NCBI RefSeq assembly: GCF_963921235.1
Contig: NC_086097.1
Span: 149,298,001-149,362,000 of the forward strand
Reading direction: 5' to 3'
Origin: Mobula hypostoma
Lineage: Eukaryota
Length of the DNA stretch: 64,000 nt
The translations under genes and the position numbers were made by a program. This document shows, in pieces, positions 11,890-25,073 of this stretch (position 1 is the first letter of the stretch; every line of letters starts with the position of its first letter). The notes under the pieces were generated by a model. It was given only the letters and a program-made list of their open reading frames with translations, ran no database searches and was not told the DNA's origin.

Positions 11890-14010
11890 CTTTGAGATCT
11901 GGAGGAGGACGCATCTTAACGGGAAGGTTTGCTAGTATTGCATGAGGAGTGGAGCAGATGGTGGAGTGGTGTGGAGGCATGTTGTTAAGACCTCAGGGTA
12001 AGGAAGCAAATGGTTGAGCATGGTGGGACTAATGTTCTGAGTTGCATATTTCAAAGCAAGAAGCAAATGAGCTCAGGGCATGGATCAACATACGGATTTA
12101 TGATACTGTAGCCATTATTAGTTGCAGGAGGGGCAGGATTGGCAGCTCAGTATTCTGAGGTTCTGTTGTTTTAGAGGTAATGGAGTGGGAGGCATTGGAG
12201 GTTAGTCCAGAAGGTTCAGTTGCTTGGCATTCAATATGAGGTAATAAATTAGATTCGACATTGGCTTTGTGGGAGAAGCCAGAGAGCGGTACTGGATGGA
12301 TGCTTCTCTGACTGGATGCAGCAGGGATCACTGGTGGGTCCTCTATCAATGACCTATATGATGATGTGGTTAACTAGATTTGTAGATAATGCCAAGATTT
12401 TGGGTGTAGTAGACAGCAAGGAAGACTATCAAAACTTGCAGTGGGAACCGGACCAGCTGGAAAAATGAGCTGAAGTTGGCAGATGGAATTCAATGCAGGC
12501 AAGTGTGAGGTGTTGGACTTTGGGAGGACAATCCAGGGTAGAACAATGTTTACAGGCAAGAGAATTCAATATTTATGCCATCAGGTTGGAGAGTACCCTG
12601 ATGGAATATAAGGTGTTGCTCCTCCACCCTGAGGGTGGCCTCATCTTGGCAGAAAAGAATGAATCAACATGTTGGATTTTAAAATGTTTGGCACTGGAAA
12701 GTCCTACTTCCAGTGGATGGTGTGGAGGTGCTTAATGGAGCGGTCCCCCAATTTAAGAGGGGTCTCACCAGTGTAGAGGAGGCTGCATTGGGAGCGCCAG
12801 ACACAATAGACGACCCCAGCAGATTCACAGGTGAATTGTTACTTCACCTGAAGGACTGTTTGGGGCCCTGAATGGAGGTGAGGGAGGAGGTATATGGCAG
12901 GTGTAGCACTTAGGCCACTTGCAGGGATAAGTACCTGGAGGGAGATTTATGGGGAGGGATGAATGGACAAGGGAATCGTGGAGGGAGTGATCCCTGTGGA
13001 AAGTGGACGGGAGAGGGAGGTAAAGATATGTTTAGTGGTAGGATCCCTTTGGAAAAGGCAGAAGTTGTGGAGGATAATGTGTTGGATTCAGAGGCTGATG
13101 GGGTGGTAGGTAAGGACCAAGGGGACTGTTATCTCTGTTACAGTGGCAGAAAGATGGGATGAACATGGATGTACAGGAAATGGAGGAGATACGGGTGAGG
13201 GCAGCATCAATAGTAGAGAGAGGGAAACCCCTGTTCTTTAAAGGAGAAGGATAGTGGAGGTGAAAAAACTGAGAAAAGGGTATTATAGCATTCTTACAGG
13301 AGATAGGGTGGGAAGAGGTATAGTCGAGATAACCATGGGAATCTGTAGGTTTATAAAAGTTGTCCGTTGACAGTTTGTCTCTAGAGATGGAGAGATCGAG
13401 AAATGGGAGGGAGGTGTCAGAGATGGACCAAGTGAATTTAAGGGCAGGGTGGAAGTTAGAGGCAAAATTGATAAAATTGATGAGCTCAGCATGGGTGCAT
13501 GAAGCAGTGCCAATGCAGTTGTCAGTGTAGCAGAGGAAGAGTTGGGAAGTATAAGTGCACAGGTTGTTCAGATTGAGTATACGAGCTGGAATGTTATGTT
13601 GAAATTGTTTCAGTCTTTGAGGCCTAATTTGGAGTATTGTCTGCAGTTTTGGTCACCTAGCTTCAGGAAGGTTGTAAAATGACATTGGAATAATACAGAG
13701 AAAATTTACAAGGATGTTGCTGTGACTGGAGGACATGATTTATAAGGTTAGAACTTTGTTCCCTAGAACATAGAAGATTGAGGGAAAATTTGATGACCGT
13801 TTACAAAATTATGAGGGGTATAGATAGGGTAAATGCAAGCAGGCTTTTCCCACTGAGTTTGTGTGAGACTGTAACTAGTGGTGAAGGGTTGAAGGTGTAA
13901 GGTGAAATGTTTAAGGGGAGCATGAGGTGAAACTTCATTACTCAGCGTGGTCAGTGTGGAATAATCTGCCCGTGCAAGTGATGGAAGTGATTTTGATTTC
14001 AACATTGAAA
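11890..14010 (+). mobile_element. CR1 fragments interrupted by a PLE
   Basis: CR1 RT and 3' motifs, e.g. tggcagatggaattcaatgcaggcaagtgtgagg and ttggagtattgtctgcagttttggtcacc. Confidence 0.7.
12555..13550 (-). mobile_element. Penelope-like element body fragment (RT C-terminus to GIY-YIG)
   Basis: Shares sequence with the other PLE copies (gccatcaggttggag, gtttggggccctgaatgg, atggaccaagtgaatttaagggcagggtggaagtt). Confidence 0.8.
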
Positions 14011-14094
14011 GAAATTTTTTGTTATTTCTTATATCCAATGCATTTTGGGCAATACCTGAAATTAAAATTATTTTTAGGTAACTTGTTTTTTTCC

Positions 14095-14470
14095 AAAATT
14101 AAAAGTTCAAAGTTCAAACTAAATTTATCAAAGTACATATATGTCACCAGAAACTACCCTGAGATTCTTTTTCTTACGGGTATTCACAGTAAGTATTAAG
14201 AAACACAATAAAATCAATGAAAAAACATAACAGAGCAAGATTGGCAAACAACCAATGTGCAAAGGTCAACAAACTATGCAAATTCCAAATGGGAAACAAA
14301 GCAAATGAAAGAATAATAATAAATAGGCAATAAATATCGAGAGCTTGAGATGAAAGTGAGTCCATGGGTTGTGGGAGCAATTCAGTGTTGGGATGAGTGA
14401 AGTTCAGTGAAGTTATCCCCTCTTGTTCAAGAGCTTGATGGTTGGCGGATAATAGCTTCCTGAACCTTAT
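14095..14470 (-). mobile_element. Rex1/Babar-like 3' end
   Basis: Reverse complement of the 3' UTR type seen at 4380-4670, with an aagttca-type tail. Confidence 0.65.
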
Positions 14471-14937
14471 TCAGGTTATTAGCTATCAAAAATAAAATGG
14501 TCTTTTTTTCCTTCCAGTATCCTGAACATTAGCATTGTTTGTTATTTGAAAGTATTGTTCCAGTGCTGCTGTTCATTAAATAGTAAGATATTAAATATCA
14601 AAGCAGAGCCCAAATCTACCGACACTTGTTGCACGTAGTTAGAATTAAAGATTACCTTCTGATTTGGTGTTGAGGCAGTTACAGAGGCCTTTTGTTTTTA
14701 CCTCTGCCAGTGTAACCTGTTGCTTCAGTGCTAGCTAAATTTCTTGGTGAATGCTGTAACTTTGGAAATTAAGCTTGTTGAGACTGGAGGAGAGAAGCCC
14801 AATAATCTCTATTGAAATGTAACCAGGTTTAGTATGCTTCAACTTCCAGCATCTGCAGATTTTCTCTTGTTTATAGTATTTGGGATATGTTTTTTCAAAA
14901 TTGTTGGAAACGGCTCTAATTGAGACTTCTATTACAG

Positions 14938-15148
14938 GATTGGTTAGCTCTTGTTAAAGCTGCTACAGCAGCTGCTGCCGCTGCAAAGAGTAAGCCAGTT
15001 GCTAAGCACCGAGTTAATAAAGAAAAGGAGGAGAGAAAAATGGGAAGAGGATCCCATTTCAAAAAAGAACGAAGAATATCAAATGCAAAAGTAAAAGAGG
15101 ATGAAGCACAAAAAAATCAAGAAGAACCTGTAACTGTTGATATCTCAG
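14938..15148 (+). CDS. PHF20L1: PHF20L1 coding exon, phase 0 to 1
   Basis: Acceptor attacag|, donor |gttggt. 211 nt encoding DWLALVKAATAAAAAAKSKP...EEPVTVDIS, matching the PHF20L1 DWIALVKAAAAAAAK motif. In frame with the previous exon. Confidence 0.95.
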
Positions 15149-15451
15149 GTTGGTATAACAGCAACTTGATTTTAATAGGCCAATTCATTTTAGGAAGAAT
15201 GCCCAAAAATATGATAAAACAGCACTGTGCCCAATCGAGAATAATCTTTTCATAAGAAATAGTTTCTAGAATTGATAAAGTCCAGCTGAATCTGGTCACA
15301 GGTTAAGGGTGAAAGGTGAAATGTTTAAGGGGAGCATGAGGTGAAACATGAGTATAACTTTTACTTAACATTCTAGTCTTAAAAATAAAATAACTGCTAT
15401 TTATAATTTTAGTTATTTTCTGCACGTCTGGATGTCATTTTTAAACTCAGT

Positions 15452-15856
15452 TTAACTTCCGCTAATGCCCCACCTCCCCCTCGTACCCCATCTGTTATTT
15501 ATTTTTATACACACATTCTTTCTCTCACTCTCCTTTTTCTCCCTCTGTCCCTCTGACTATACCCCTTGCCCATCCTCTGGGTTTTCCCCCCTTCCCACTT
15601 CTCCCTGGGCCTCCTGTCCCATGATTCTCTCATATCCCTTTTGTCAATCGCCTGTCCAGCTCTTGGCTCTAGCCCTCCCCCTCCTGTTTTCTCCTATCAT
15701 TTTGGATCTCCCCCTCCCCCTTCCACTTTCAAATCTCTTACTAGCTCTTCCTTCAGTTAGTCCTGACGAAGGGTCTCGGCCTGAAACGTCGACTGTACCT
15801 CTTCCTAGAGATGCTGCCTGGCCTGCTGCGTTCACCAGCAACTTTGATGTGTGTTA
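15452..15856 (+). mobile_element. PLE pseudo-LTR copy carrying a hammerhead motif
   Basis: Reverse complement of 1060-1480 with high identity. Confidence 0.88.
15759..15794 (+). ncRNA. Minimal type I hammerhead ribozyme, intact core
   Basis: agtc-CTGACGA-a-ggg-tctcgg-cct-GAAA-C-GTC-gact. Stem I is agtc/gact, stem II is ggg/cct, stem III is the palindromic ACGT, and the cleavage triplet is GUC (predicted cut after 15790). Confidence 0.8.
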
Positions 15857-16579
15857 TTTGTGGACCTTCCATTGTTTATCATTTGCAAATTAGTTGATGT
15901 CTTCTCTTTAGGTCCAAGGTATATAATCCAGCATTTGCATGCATTCAAATACTTTTGTTATAATTTTGCCCATATTTATCAGGGATTTAGAAGTTGTATC
16001 TTGCTAATTCAGAGATTTGCCAATTTTCAGTATCATGAAGTTTGGAAATAAAGAAAAGAAATCCTACCAGCTCAGTTATCCAAGTTTCTTTGTGCACCAC
16101 AGTAGGCCCTCCTGTAATGAGCAAACCCTGCTCATAAGAGTCTTTCTTAAACAGGCTAAACCATGCCCACAACTTTGCTGTGGGATGTATTTTTAATGCT
16201 GTTATAATTTTAAAGTTCTTGTGTGTCTGACATTTGTTAGGTATTTAAAAGTATTTAATGAAATTTTAAATTAATAGAATAAAAATAAACATATTAGCAA
16301 ATCAAAATAATAAGAAAAAAGTTCTTCCCTTTTGTCTGCTACTTCAACCACCGACAGTCACTATTGAATTTCAGCCAGATGTGTTTCTATTGCTTGATCG
16401 AAAAGTAATGCTGGGGAATCTCTACAAAACTGGGCCTTGTTTGATGGACTCCCCATGTGGTATCCAGTGATAGAGCAAACTAACAGATTAGGCTTTTTGA
16501 ATTCCAATTATTTGAAATTATTTTATTTTATAATGGGTTCATGGATTCTTGAGCTCAAGTTGGTCTGCTTTGGAACAGT

Positions 16580-16634
16580 GTAGTTCAAAGTTCAAGTTCA
16601 TTGTCTTTTAAATGTGTGTGTGTGTGTGTGTGTG

Positions 16635-16676
<42 letters not shown>

Positions 16677-17740
16677 ATATATATATAACCAAATGAAATA
16701 ATGTTCTTCTGCATCGCAGTGCACCCACAATACATATATCACACACAGTAAATTAAAAAAAATTACTGCAAATAAGATCCTGTCTAATTCAAAATGCATG
16801 TGAAATGTGTAGACAGGTAAGCAATAAAGTAAGCAGCTTGCTGTCCTAGTAACGAGACCTCTGTGGTGGTAGGGTATTCATTAGTCTCATAGCCTGGGGG
16901 GCGGGGGAGAAGCTGTTAGTTAGTCTGGTGGTCCTAGTCCTGATGTTCCTGTACCTCCTTCCTGATGGTAATGGGTAAAGGAGATTATGGGATTGTGGGT
17001 AAGGATCCTCAGCGATGCCTTGGGCCCTTCATATACAATGTTCCCAGTAAATGTCACAAATAGGTTGGAGAAAAATCACTGTGATCCTTTCAGTAATGTT
17101 CTACTTGCCCCTCGCACCTTGTGGTCCGATTCCTTGAGCTTCTGTACCACAATAATGCAGCCAGACAAGAAAGGCACTGTCAAAGGTGTTCCTGTAGAAC
17201 GTTATTAGAATGGGTGCAGGGAGCCATGTATGCCTCTGTCTCCTCAGTATAGATGTTGCTGTGCCTTCTTGACTAATGAGGTGGTGTTGTGAGTCCAGGT
17301 TAAATTGTTATGTGCACACTAAGGAACTTTATGTTCTTCCCTCTCCATGGCAGAGCCATTAATGTGCAATGGAGAATGGTCAACCTGAGACTTCCTGAAG
17401 TTCACAATCATCTTGTCCACATTGAGGCTCGGGTTGTTGTTTTCACATCCTTTGGATATCTTCTCTACCTCCTCTCTGTATGCCCACTCATCATTGATGC
17501 CGATGAGTTCAACCACTGTTGTATCATCAGCAAACTTGATGATACTGTTTGAGCTGGATTTGGCAGCACAGTTATGAGACAGCACCAGACTGAGCACAAG
17601 ACTGTGCTGGTACCAGTGCTCAATGTGTTGGAACTTGTGATATTGCTGCGAACTCGGGCTGACTGGTTCTTCCTGTATAGAAGTCTAATGTTCAATTACA
17701 GAAAGGGGTGTTGAGTCCCAATGAAAACACCAGCCTCTGA
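16580..17740 (-). mobile_element. Rex1/Babar-like LINE fragment
   Basis: Minus ORF HNCAAKSSSNSIIKFADDTTVVELI, with an aagttca-type tail at about 16583-16600. Confidence 0.8.
16613..16676. repeat. Compound microsatellite (TG)11(TA)4(CA)13(TA)n
   Basis: Read directly from the sequence. Confidence 0.95.
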
Positions 17741-18184
17741 AGGATGATCAAAAACAGTAAAGTGGGATGGTAAATTAAAATAAATCTTTGCAGATTGATA
17801 TGTTCTTTTTCCCATTGACTTGTCTCTTTCTATGTTCACCCATGATGCATCTCATGCCCGCCACCATCTTGACAATGTCCTAGTCCCAACCAGCTTATAT
17901 TTGCCTTGGACACAATTCTCTTCCTGTCCCCTACACCTCCCCATCTCAACACTCCTATGCTTAATTAGGATGACCTAAAGGTCCTTTGCATTCTTAAATG
18001 GAGGCTTGCAGAACTCTGAACATTTTTTTTTTACCCCATTAGCCTGACTGAACTCTTTTTTTTACATTGGAGACTCATCCAAGAGGCACCTTTGTCTACT
18101 CAAGCTAAATCTGACTCCGTGTGATTCATGGAAGGGTTCCTGTAATGGTCCCTCAAGTCTGTTTTGGTGTTGCCTCTGGTACTT

Positions 18185-19835
18185 AGAACCATGGAGCACT
18201 GCAGCACAAAATCAGGCCCTTTGGCCCATCTAGCTCATTATTCTGCATAGACCTATCTACCTGCTTCTGAACCATATCCCTCTGTACTACTTCCATCCAT
18301 CAGAACTTCTTTTAAATGTTGCATTTGAACCACTTCTGCTGGAAGCTAGTTCCACACTTGCACTACCCTCTGAGTGAAGAAGGTTTCCCTCTCCGCATCC
18401 CCCTAAATATTTCACCTTTCACCCTTAACCTAAGACCTCTAGTTCCAATCTCACCCAACCTCAGTGGAAAAAAGCCTGCTTGCATGTACGCTGTTAATAC
18501 ATTTCATGATTTTGTATACTGATATCAAATCTCCCCTCATTTTCCCATGCTCCAAGGAATAAAATCCTAATCTATTCAATCTTTCCCTACAAGTCCTCAT
18601 CAATGCAACATCCTTGTAAATTTTTTCTGTACTCTTTCAATCTTCTTATTTTTTTGTAGATAGGTAACCAGAACTGCACACAATACTCCAAATTTAGTGT
18701 CACCAATGTCTTGTACGATTTCAACAATACATCCCAACTCCTGTACTCAATACTCTGCTTAATGAAGGCCAATGTGCCAAAAGCTCTCTTTATAACCCTC
18801 CCTACTATGACACTTCTTTCAGCGAATTATGTATCCATATTCCCGGATCACTTTGTTCTACCGCACTCCTCAGTCCTCAACTGTTCACTGTGTATGTTGT
18901 ACTGTGGTTTGTCCCTCTAAAGTGTAACACCTCACACTTGTCTGCATTAAATTCCATCTGCCTTTTTCCAGCTGGTCCAGATCACACTGCATCGTTTATC
19001 ATCCTTCCTCACTGTCACTATGCCCCCGATTTTGATGTCATCTGCAAATTTGCCGATCCAGTTTACCATAATCTCATCGAAATCATTAATAGAGATGACA
19101 AACAATAAAATCCTTATGGCAGGCTACTAATCAGTCCTCCAGTCAGAGAGACAACTATGTACTACAACTTTTTGGCTTTTCCCTGCTAAGCAACTGTTTA
19201 ATCCAATTTACTACTTCATCCTGAAGGCCAAACAACTGAATTTTCTTAACCAACCCCTATGCGAGACCTTATTGGAGGTCTTGCTAAAGTCCATGTAAAC
19301 AATATTCACCGTCTTTCCTTCATCAACGTTCCTGCTAACCATCTCGAAAAGCACAGATTGGTTAGAGATGACATGACAGAGCCACGTTAACTAATCAAGC
19401 CCTGTCTAGCGAAATGCTTATACACCTTACCTCTTAGAATACCTCTAAATGATTGACCCACTACTAACATCAGTCTCCCTACAATTTACTAGCTTATTCT
19501 TGGAGCATTTTTTGCATAACACACAGATGTTATCCTATCGTCTGGCACCTTACCCTTGGCTAAGGATGTTCTAAGTACCTCTGCTAGGGCCCTTGCAGTT
19601 TCTACATTAGCCTCCTATGAGGTCCAAGGGAACACCTTATCAGGCTCTGGAGATTTGTGAACCTTAATTTGCTTCAAGACAGCAAGCCCCTCCTTCTCTA
19701 GAATCTATATAAGTCTGTGACCTCACTGCTGTTTCACCTCACTTCTATAGACTCTGTATCTGTCTCCTGAGTAAATATAGATGCAAAAAATCCATTTAAG
19801 ATCTCCTACCATTTCTTTGGGCTTCATGCATAACT
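18185..19835 (-). mobile_element. CR1 LINE 3' portion
   Basis: Minus [37 protein letters not shown]. Confidence 0.85.
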
Positions 19836-22070
19836 GTTCCTGAATATGGAATTGAGGAACCCAAGGCTTCTGTATCTCCTGTTCAGTGGTAGGAGCGAGA
19901 AGAGAGCATGGCCTGGATGGTGGAACTCTTTGATGTTGGGCACTGCTCTCTTGAGGCAGCACTCTATGAAAATGTGCTCAGTGGTGGGGAGGGCTTTGTC
20001 TGTGAGGAACTAGTCTGTATCCACCACTCTCTGTAGTCTTTTCCATTCCTGGACGTTGGTGTTTCCATACCAGACCATGCAACCAACTGTGCATTTGGTG
20101 AAGTTGTCAGAGTTTTAAATGACATGCTGAATCAGTGCAAACTTCTAAGAAATAGAGGTGCTATCATGCTTTCTTTGAGATAGTATTTACATGTTAGTGC
20201 CAGTTATTGCTCTGATAAAATGATGCAAAGGAAGTTAAAGTTACTGACTCCCTTCTGTCTCAATCCCCTAATAAGAACTGTCTCATGGATCTGACTTTTT
20301 TTCTCCTGTAGTCTAATCAGTTCTTTATTTTTGCCGACATTTAATGAGAGGTCGTTGTTGTGGCACTACTCAACCAGTTTTTTAATCTCCCTCCTATTTG
20401 CTGATTCGTCACCATCTTTGATTTGACCAACAACAGTAGTATCATCTGCAAACTTAAATATGACATTGGAACTGTGCTTGGCCACACAGTGTCCAGGTAT
20501 AAAGTGAGTAAAGCAGGGGTCTAAACACATATTCTTGTGTTGCACCTGTGCTGATGTTGCCAAACTGTACTAGCTGGGGTCTGCCAGTGAGGAATACAAG
20601 AATCCAGTTGCACACATGACTGTGTGGCTAGACATAGCTCAAATGCCAATTATAAATTTGCTGACAGTACAACCATTGTTGGTAGAATCTCAGGTGGTGA
20701 CGAGAGGGTGTACAGGAGTGAGATTTGCCAACTGAGTGGTGCCACAGCAACAACCTGGCACTCAACATCAGTAAGACGAAAGAGCTGATTGTGGACTTTA
20801 GGAAGGGTAAGATGAAGGAACACATACCAATCCTCATAGGGGGCTTAGAAATGGAGAGAGTGAGCAGTTTCAAGTTCCTGGGTGTCAATATTTCTGAGGA
20901 CCTAACCTAGTCCGAACGTATCGATGCAGTTGTAAAGATTGCAGGACAACAACTATATTTCATTAGGAGTTTGAAGAGTTCAACAAATACACTCAAAAAC
21001 TTCTATAGTTGTACCGTGGAGAGCATTCTAACAGGCTGCATCACTGTCTGGTATGGAGGGGCTACTGCACAGGACCCAAAGAAGCTGCAGAAGGTTGTAA
21101 ATCTCGTCAGCTCCATTTTGGATACCAGCCTACAAAGTACTCAGGACATCTTCAGAGAGCGGTGTCTCAGAAAGGCACTGTCCATTATTAAGGACCTCCT
21201 GCACCCAGGACATGCCCTTTTCTCACTGTTACCATCAGGTAGGAGGTACAGAAGTTTGAAGGCACACACACTGCAATTCAGGGACAGCTTCTTCCCCTCT
21301 GCCATCCAATTCCTAAATGGACATTGAATCTTTGGACACTACATCACTTCTTTTAAATATACAGTATTTGTTTTTGCACATTTTGAAAAATCTATTCAAT
21401 ATACGTAATTGATTTACTTGTACTTTAATTTATTATATTTTTTCTTCTCTCTGCTAGATTATGTATTGCATTGAACTGCTGCTGTTAAGTTAAAAAAATT
21501 TCATGTCACATGCCGGTGATAATAAACCTGATTCTGAGGAAGTTATCAAGGTCTAACTCTTGGAGTTTGGTCATTAGTTTCGAGGGGATGATAGTGTTGA
21601 GCGCTGAGCTGCAGTCATTGCAGAGCATCCTAATGTTTGCATCTTCAGTGTCCAGATGTTCCAGAGCTGAGTGAAGGCCCAATGAAAAGGCATCTGTTGT
21701 TGACCTGTTGTACCAGTAGAAAAATTAGAGTGGATCCGGGTCACTCCTTAGGCAGGAATTGATAGGCTTCACGACCAACCACTTGAATGGCTTCACCATA
21801 GTGTATGTAAGTGCTGCTAGACGATTAATATTGAGGCAGATTACCACATTCCTCCTAGGAACTAGTATGACTAAAGCATGCTTAAAGCAGTGGGTACTTC
21901 TGATCACCAGAGCAAGAAGTTGAAGATGTTAGTTGATTAGCACAGGTCCTCTACTTGGGCAGGAACACCGTCTGGGCCAGATGCTTTCCATGGGTTAACC
22001 ACTCTGAAGGATGTTCGAACATCAGCCTCAAAGACTGATAACACATGGCCTTTGAGGGCTTTGGATGTTT
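19836..22070 (-). mobile_element. Rex1/Babar-like LINE (host), interrupted by an opposite-strand copy
   Basis: Minus ORFs HCVAKHSSNVIFKFADDTTVVGQI (20366-20563) and CFKHALVILVPRRNVVICLN (21725-21907). Confidence 0.8.
20612..21537 (+). mobile_element. Rex1/Babar-like LINE 3' portion (younger)
   Basis: WCHSNNLALNISKTKELIVDFRK and ESILTGCITVWYGG motifs. Ends in aataaacctgattctga. Confidence 0.88.
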
Positions 22071-22230
22071 GTGAAGGTGCTTCCATGTCTAAAGATTAAA
22101 GATTAGCTTTATTAAGGATGAAGTCTCAGGGTACTTGGACGCAAATGATATAAGAGGCCACTGTCAGCATAGTTTCCTCAAAGGAAGATCTTGCCTGACA
22201 AATCTTTTAGAATTCTTTGAAGAAGTAACA

Positions 22231-22551
22231 TTTTGGACAGTGTCTCCCATCCACTACATAATGTACTGGTTGGGCACAGGAGTACCTTCAGCCAGAGACT
22301 CATTCCGCCGAGATGCAACACAGAGCATCATAGGAAGTTATTCCTGCTTGTGGCCATCAAAATTTACAACTCCTTCCTTAGAGTGTCAGACACCCTGAGC
22401 CAATAGGCTGGTCCTGGACTTATTTCCTGGCATAATTTACATATTACTATTTAATTAGTTATGGTTTTATTACTATTTAATTATTTATGGTGCAACTGTA
22501 ACGAAAACCAATTTGCCCCGCGATCAATAAAGTATGACTCTGATTATGACT
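22231..22551 (+). mobile_element. Rex1-like 3' end
   Basis: SHPLH...RHRKSFLP-like C-terminus, then gatcaataaagt and a (TATGAC)n-like tail. Interrupts the CR1 between EEVT and the DKGE segment. Confidence 0.7.
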
Positions 22552-22669
22552 AAGCCCGATAGACAAAGGAGAATCGGTTGATTCTTGGTTTTTGGATTTT
22601 CAGAAGGCCTTTGATAAGGTGCCTACATGAGGCTGCTTAACAAGCTATGAGCCCATGGTATTGCAGGAA

Positions 22670-25073
22670 TAGTAATAAAGTCAATTTGATTTCTAGTGTT
22701 ATCACCTGGCCAGGTCCACAAGCGCCTTGGATAGTTTTTAAAGTAGGTATTCATAATGACCTGATTATTCGTCTTGCACCATTCTACCCTTTTCTCACCT
22801 CTTTCATTTCTTTCCCCGAGTCCAAATTTTCCTATGGTATCATCAGCACCTTGTCCTACTTTAGCATTTAGATCTCCCAAAGATTTAGAAACTCAGTGAC
22901 TCAATGTAAAACATATCCAGGTGCAGACTGTAATAGTGACCATAACTCAGTACCATGTCATGTAAAAGTAAAACTTGAAAAACTAAGGAAGCAAAAACCT
23001 GAACAATCCCTTGACTACTTGCAATTAATAAGAAGAAAAATTAAGACAAATATTTACAATTGAAGTAAGGAATAGATTTCAAAGTCTAGAAATAGAACCT
23101 GTTGAAGATGATAACAATCATATAGAAATGAAGTTTAACTCTGTAAAGGATGCCTTGGTAGAATCAACAAAGTCAGTGATTCCTAAAAAAGAAAAAAGCA
23201 CAAAGAATAAATGGATGACAGATGAAATCAAAAATCTAATGGAAGAAAGGAGATGGAAGAAGGCAAATCCTATAGAATATAAGTCCTTAGATAAAAAAGT
23301 TAAAAGCTTATGTCAAAAAGCCAAAGAAGAATGGTTAAACCAAGAATGTGAGCAAATAGAAAGAATCCTTATTACTGATCCAAAAAGGTTACATCAACAA
23401 ATCAAGAATATCACTGATAAAAAGCTCCTCTGTTCTTCAGGTGGATGCTTGAAAGCAAAGGACGGTACCATTATCATGGAAAAAGATGAGATTATGAACA
23501 GATGGACTGAGTATATTCAGGAATTGTTTGAAGACGATCGAAGCGAAAAACCAGAAATTAAGAAAAACATTGAAAGTCCAAGTATTTTAAAATCTGAAGT
23601 TCGTAATGCAATAAATAAGATGAAGAAAGGAAAGGCAGCAGGTCCTGATGAATTAGTAATAGAACAAATTATTGCCTTGAAGACTATGGAATTGAAAAAC
23701 TTACTGATTTAATCAATGACATTTATGAGACTGGAATAATACCAGAAGAGATGAAAAAATCAGTATTTATCACTCTTCCTAAGAAAGCTGGAGCAATAAA
23801 ATGTGAATTACATAGGACCATAAGTTTAATGAGTCATATCACCAAGATACTTCTAAAAATTTTGATGACAGGAGCTAAAAGTAAGATACAAGCTGAAATA
23901 GGTAACGAACAATGTGGTTTTGTGAAAGATAAAGGTACAAGAAACGCAATATTGATGTTAAGGATACTATCAGAAAGAGCTATTCAAGTTCAAAAAGATT
24001 TTTTTGTTTTATCAACTACACAAAAGCATTTGATAAAGTGAAGCACAATAAGTTATTTGAAATATTACAGAAAACTCTAGATCTAGATTTGAAAGACCTC
24101 CACCTAAGCAGAAATCTGTACTGGGAACAAACTGCCGCTGTAAGAATAGATGGAGAAGTGAGTCAGTTTATGAAAATCAAGAGAGGCGTTAGACAAGGGT
24201 GTGTATTCTCCCTGATTTAGTTAATGTGTACAATGAAACGATATTACAAAAAATAAGAGACATCTTGGGAGTCAAAGTTGGCTGTGAAAACGTCAATAAT
24301 TTCAGATATGTAGATGACACTGTGTTAATTGCAAGTACGGAGGAAGAACTACAGAACTTAATTGATATAATTGTTGAAGGAGTGCAAAAATGGGTCTATC
24401 TATCAATTGCAAAAAGACAGAATGTATGGTGATATCCAAAAAGAAGGAGAATCCTATCTGCAGGCTGAGAATAAACGGGGAAGACATAAAACAGAACTTT
24501 TGCTACTTAGGAAGCTGGGTGACATCAGATGGCGGGTGCGACATGGACATCAAAAGAAGAATAGGGATGGCAAAAGACACCTTTACAAGAATGAAGAGTA
24601 TACTGACCAATACTAACCTAGGCATGACAACCCACCTCAGAGTACTGAAATGTTACGTTTATCCAATTATGTTATATGGCTCAGAATGTTGGATAATATC
24701 TAGTAACATGAGGAAATGAATTGTAGCAGCAGAGATGTGGTTTATGAGGAGGATGCAAAGAATATGGACGAAACATATCTAATGAGGATGTGATGAACAG
24801 AGCAAACACAAAAAAAGAAACAATGTATGAGATCATGAAAAGGCAAAGTAACTTCATTGGACATGTGATTAGGAAAGAGGAGTTAGAATGCATGGTAATT
24901 ATGGGAAAGATTGAAGGGAAGGAAGCAAGAGGAAGACAAAGACAAATGATGATGGAGACAGCAGCCAGAGAACTGGAAATGAATACCAATGAATTGATCC
25001 ACTTGACCCGAAACAGGAGTGTGTGGGCCATGGCAGTCAAAGCTCAAACTGGGCATGGCACCTGATGATGATG
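22670..25073 (+). mobile_element. RTE (BovB-like) LINE with a 5' inversion
   Basis: The endonuclease segment is inverted at 22670-22880 (GDLNAKVG...RNQIDFITI). The sense part reads RFRNSV..YPGADCNSDH, HRTISLMSHITKILL, RGVRQGC, RYVDDTVL and YGSECW. (GAT)n tail; TSD attgcaggaa at 22660-22669 and 25074-25083. Confidence 0.93.

Noticed and set aside
15465..15893. Recurrent PDEGSRPETSTVPLP ORFs as a protein family
   Set aside because: They are incidental translations of the hammerhead-containing pLTR.
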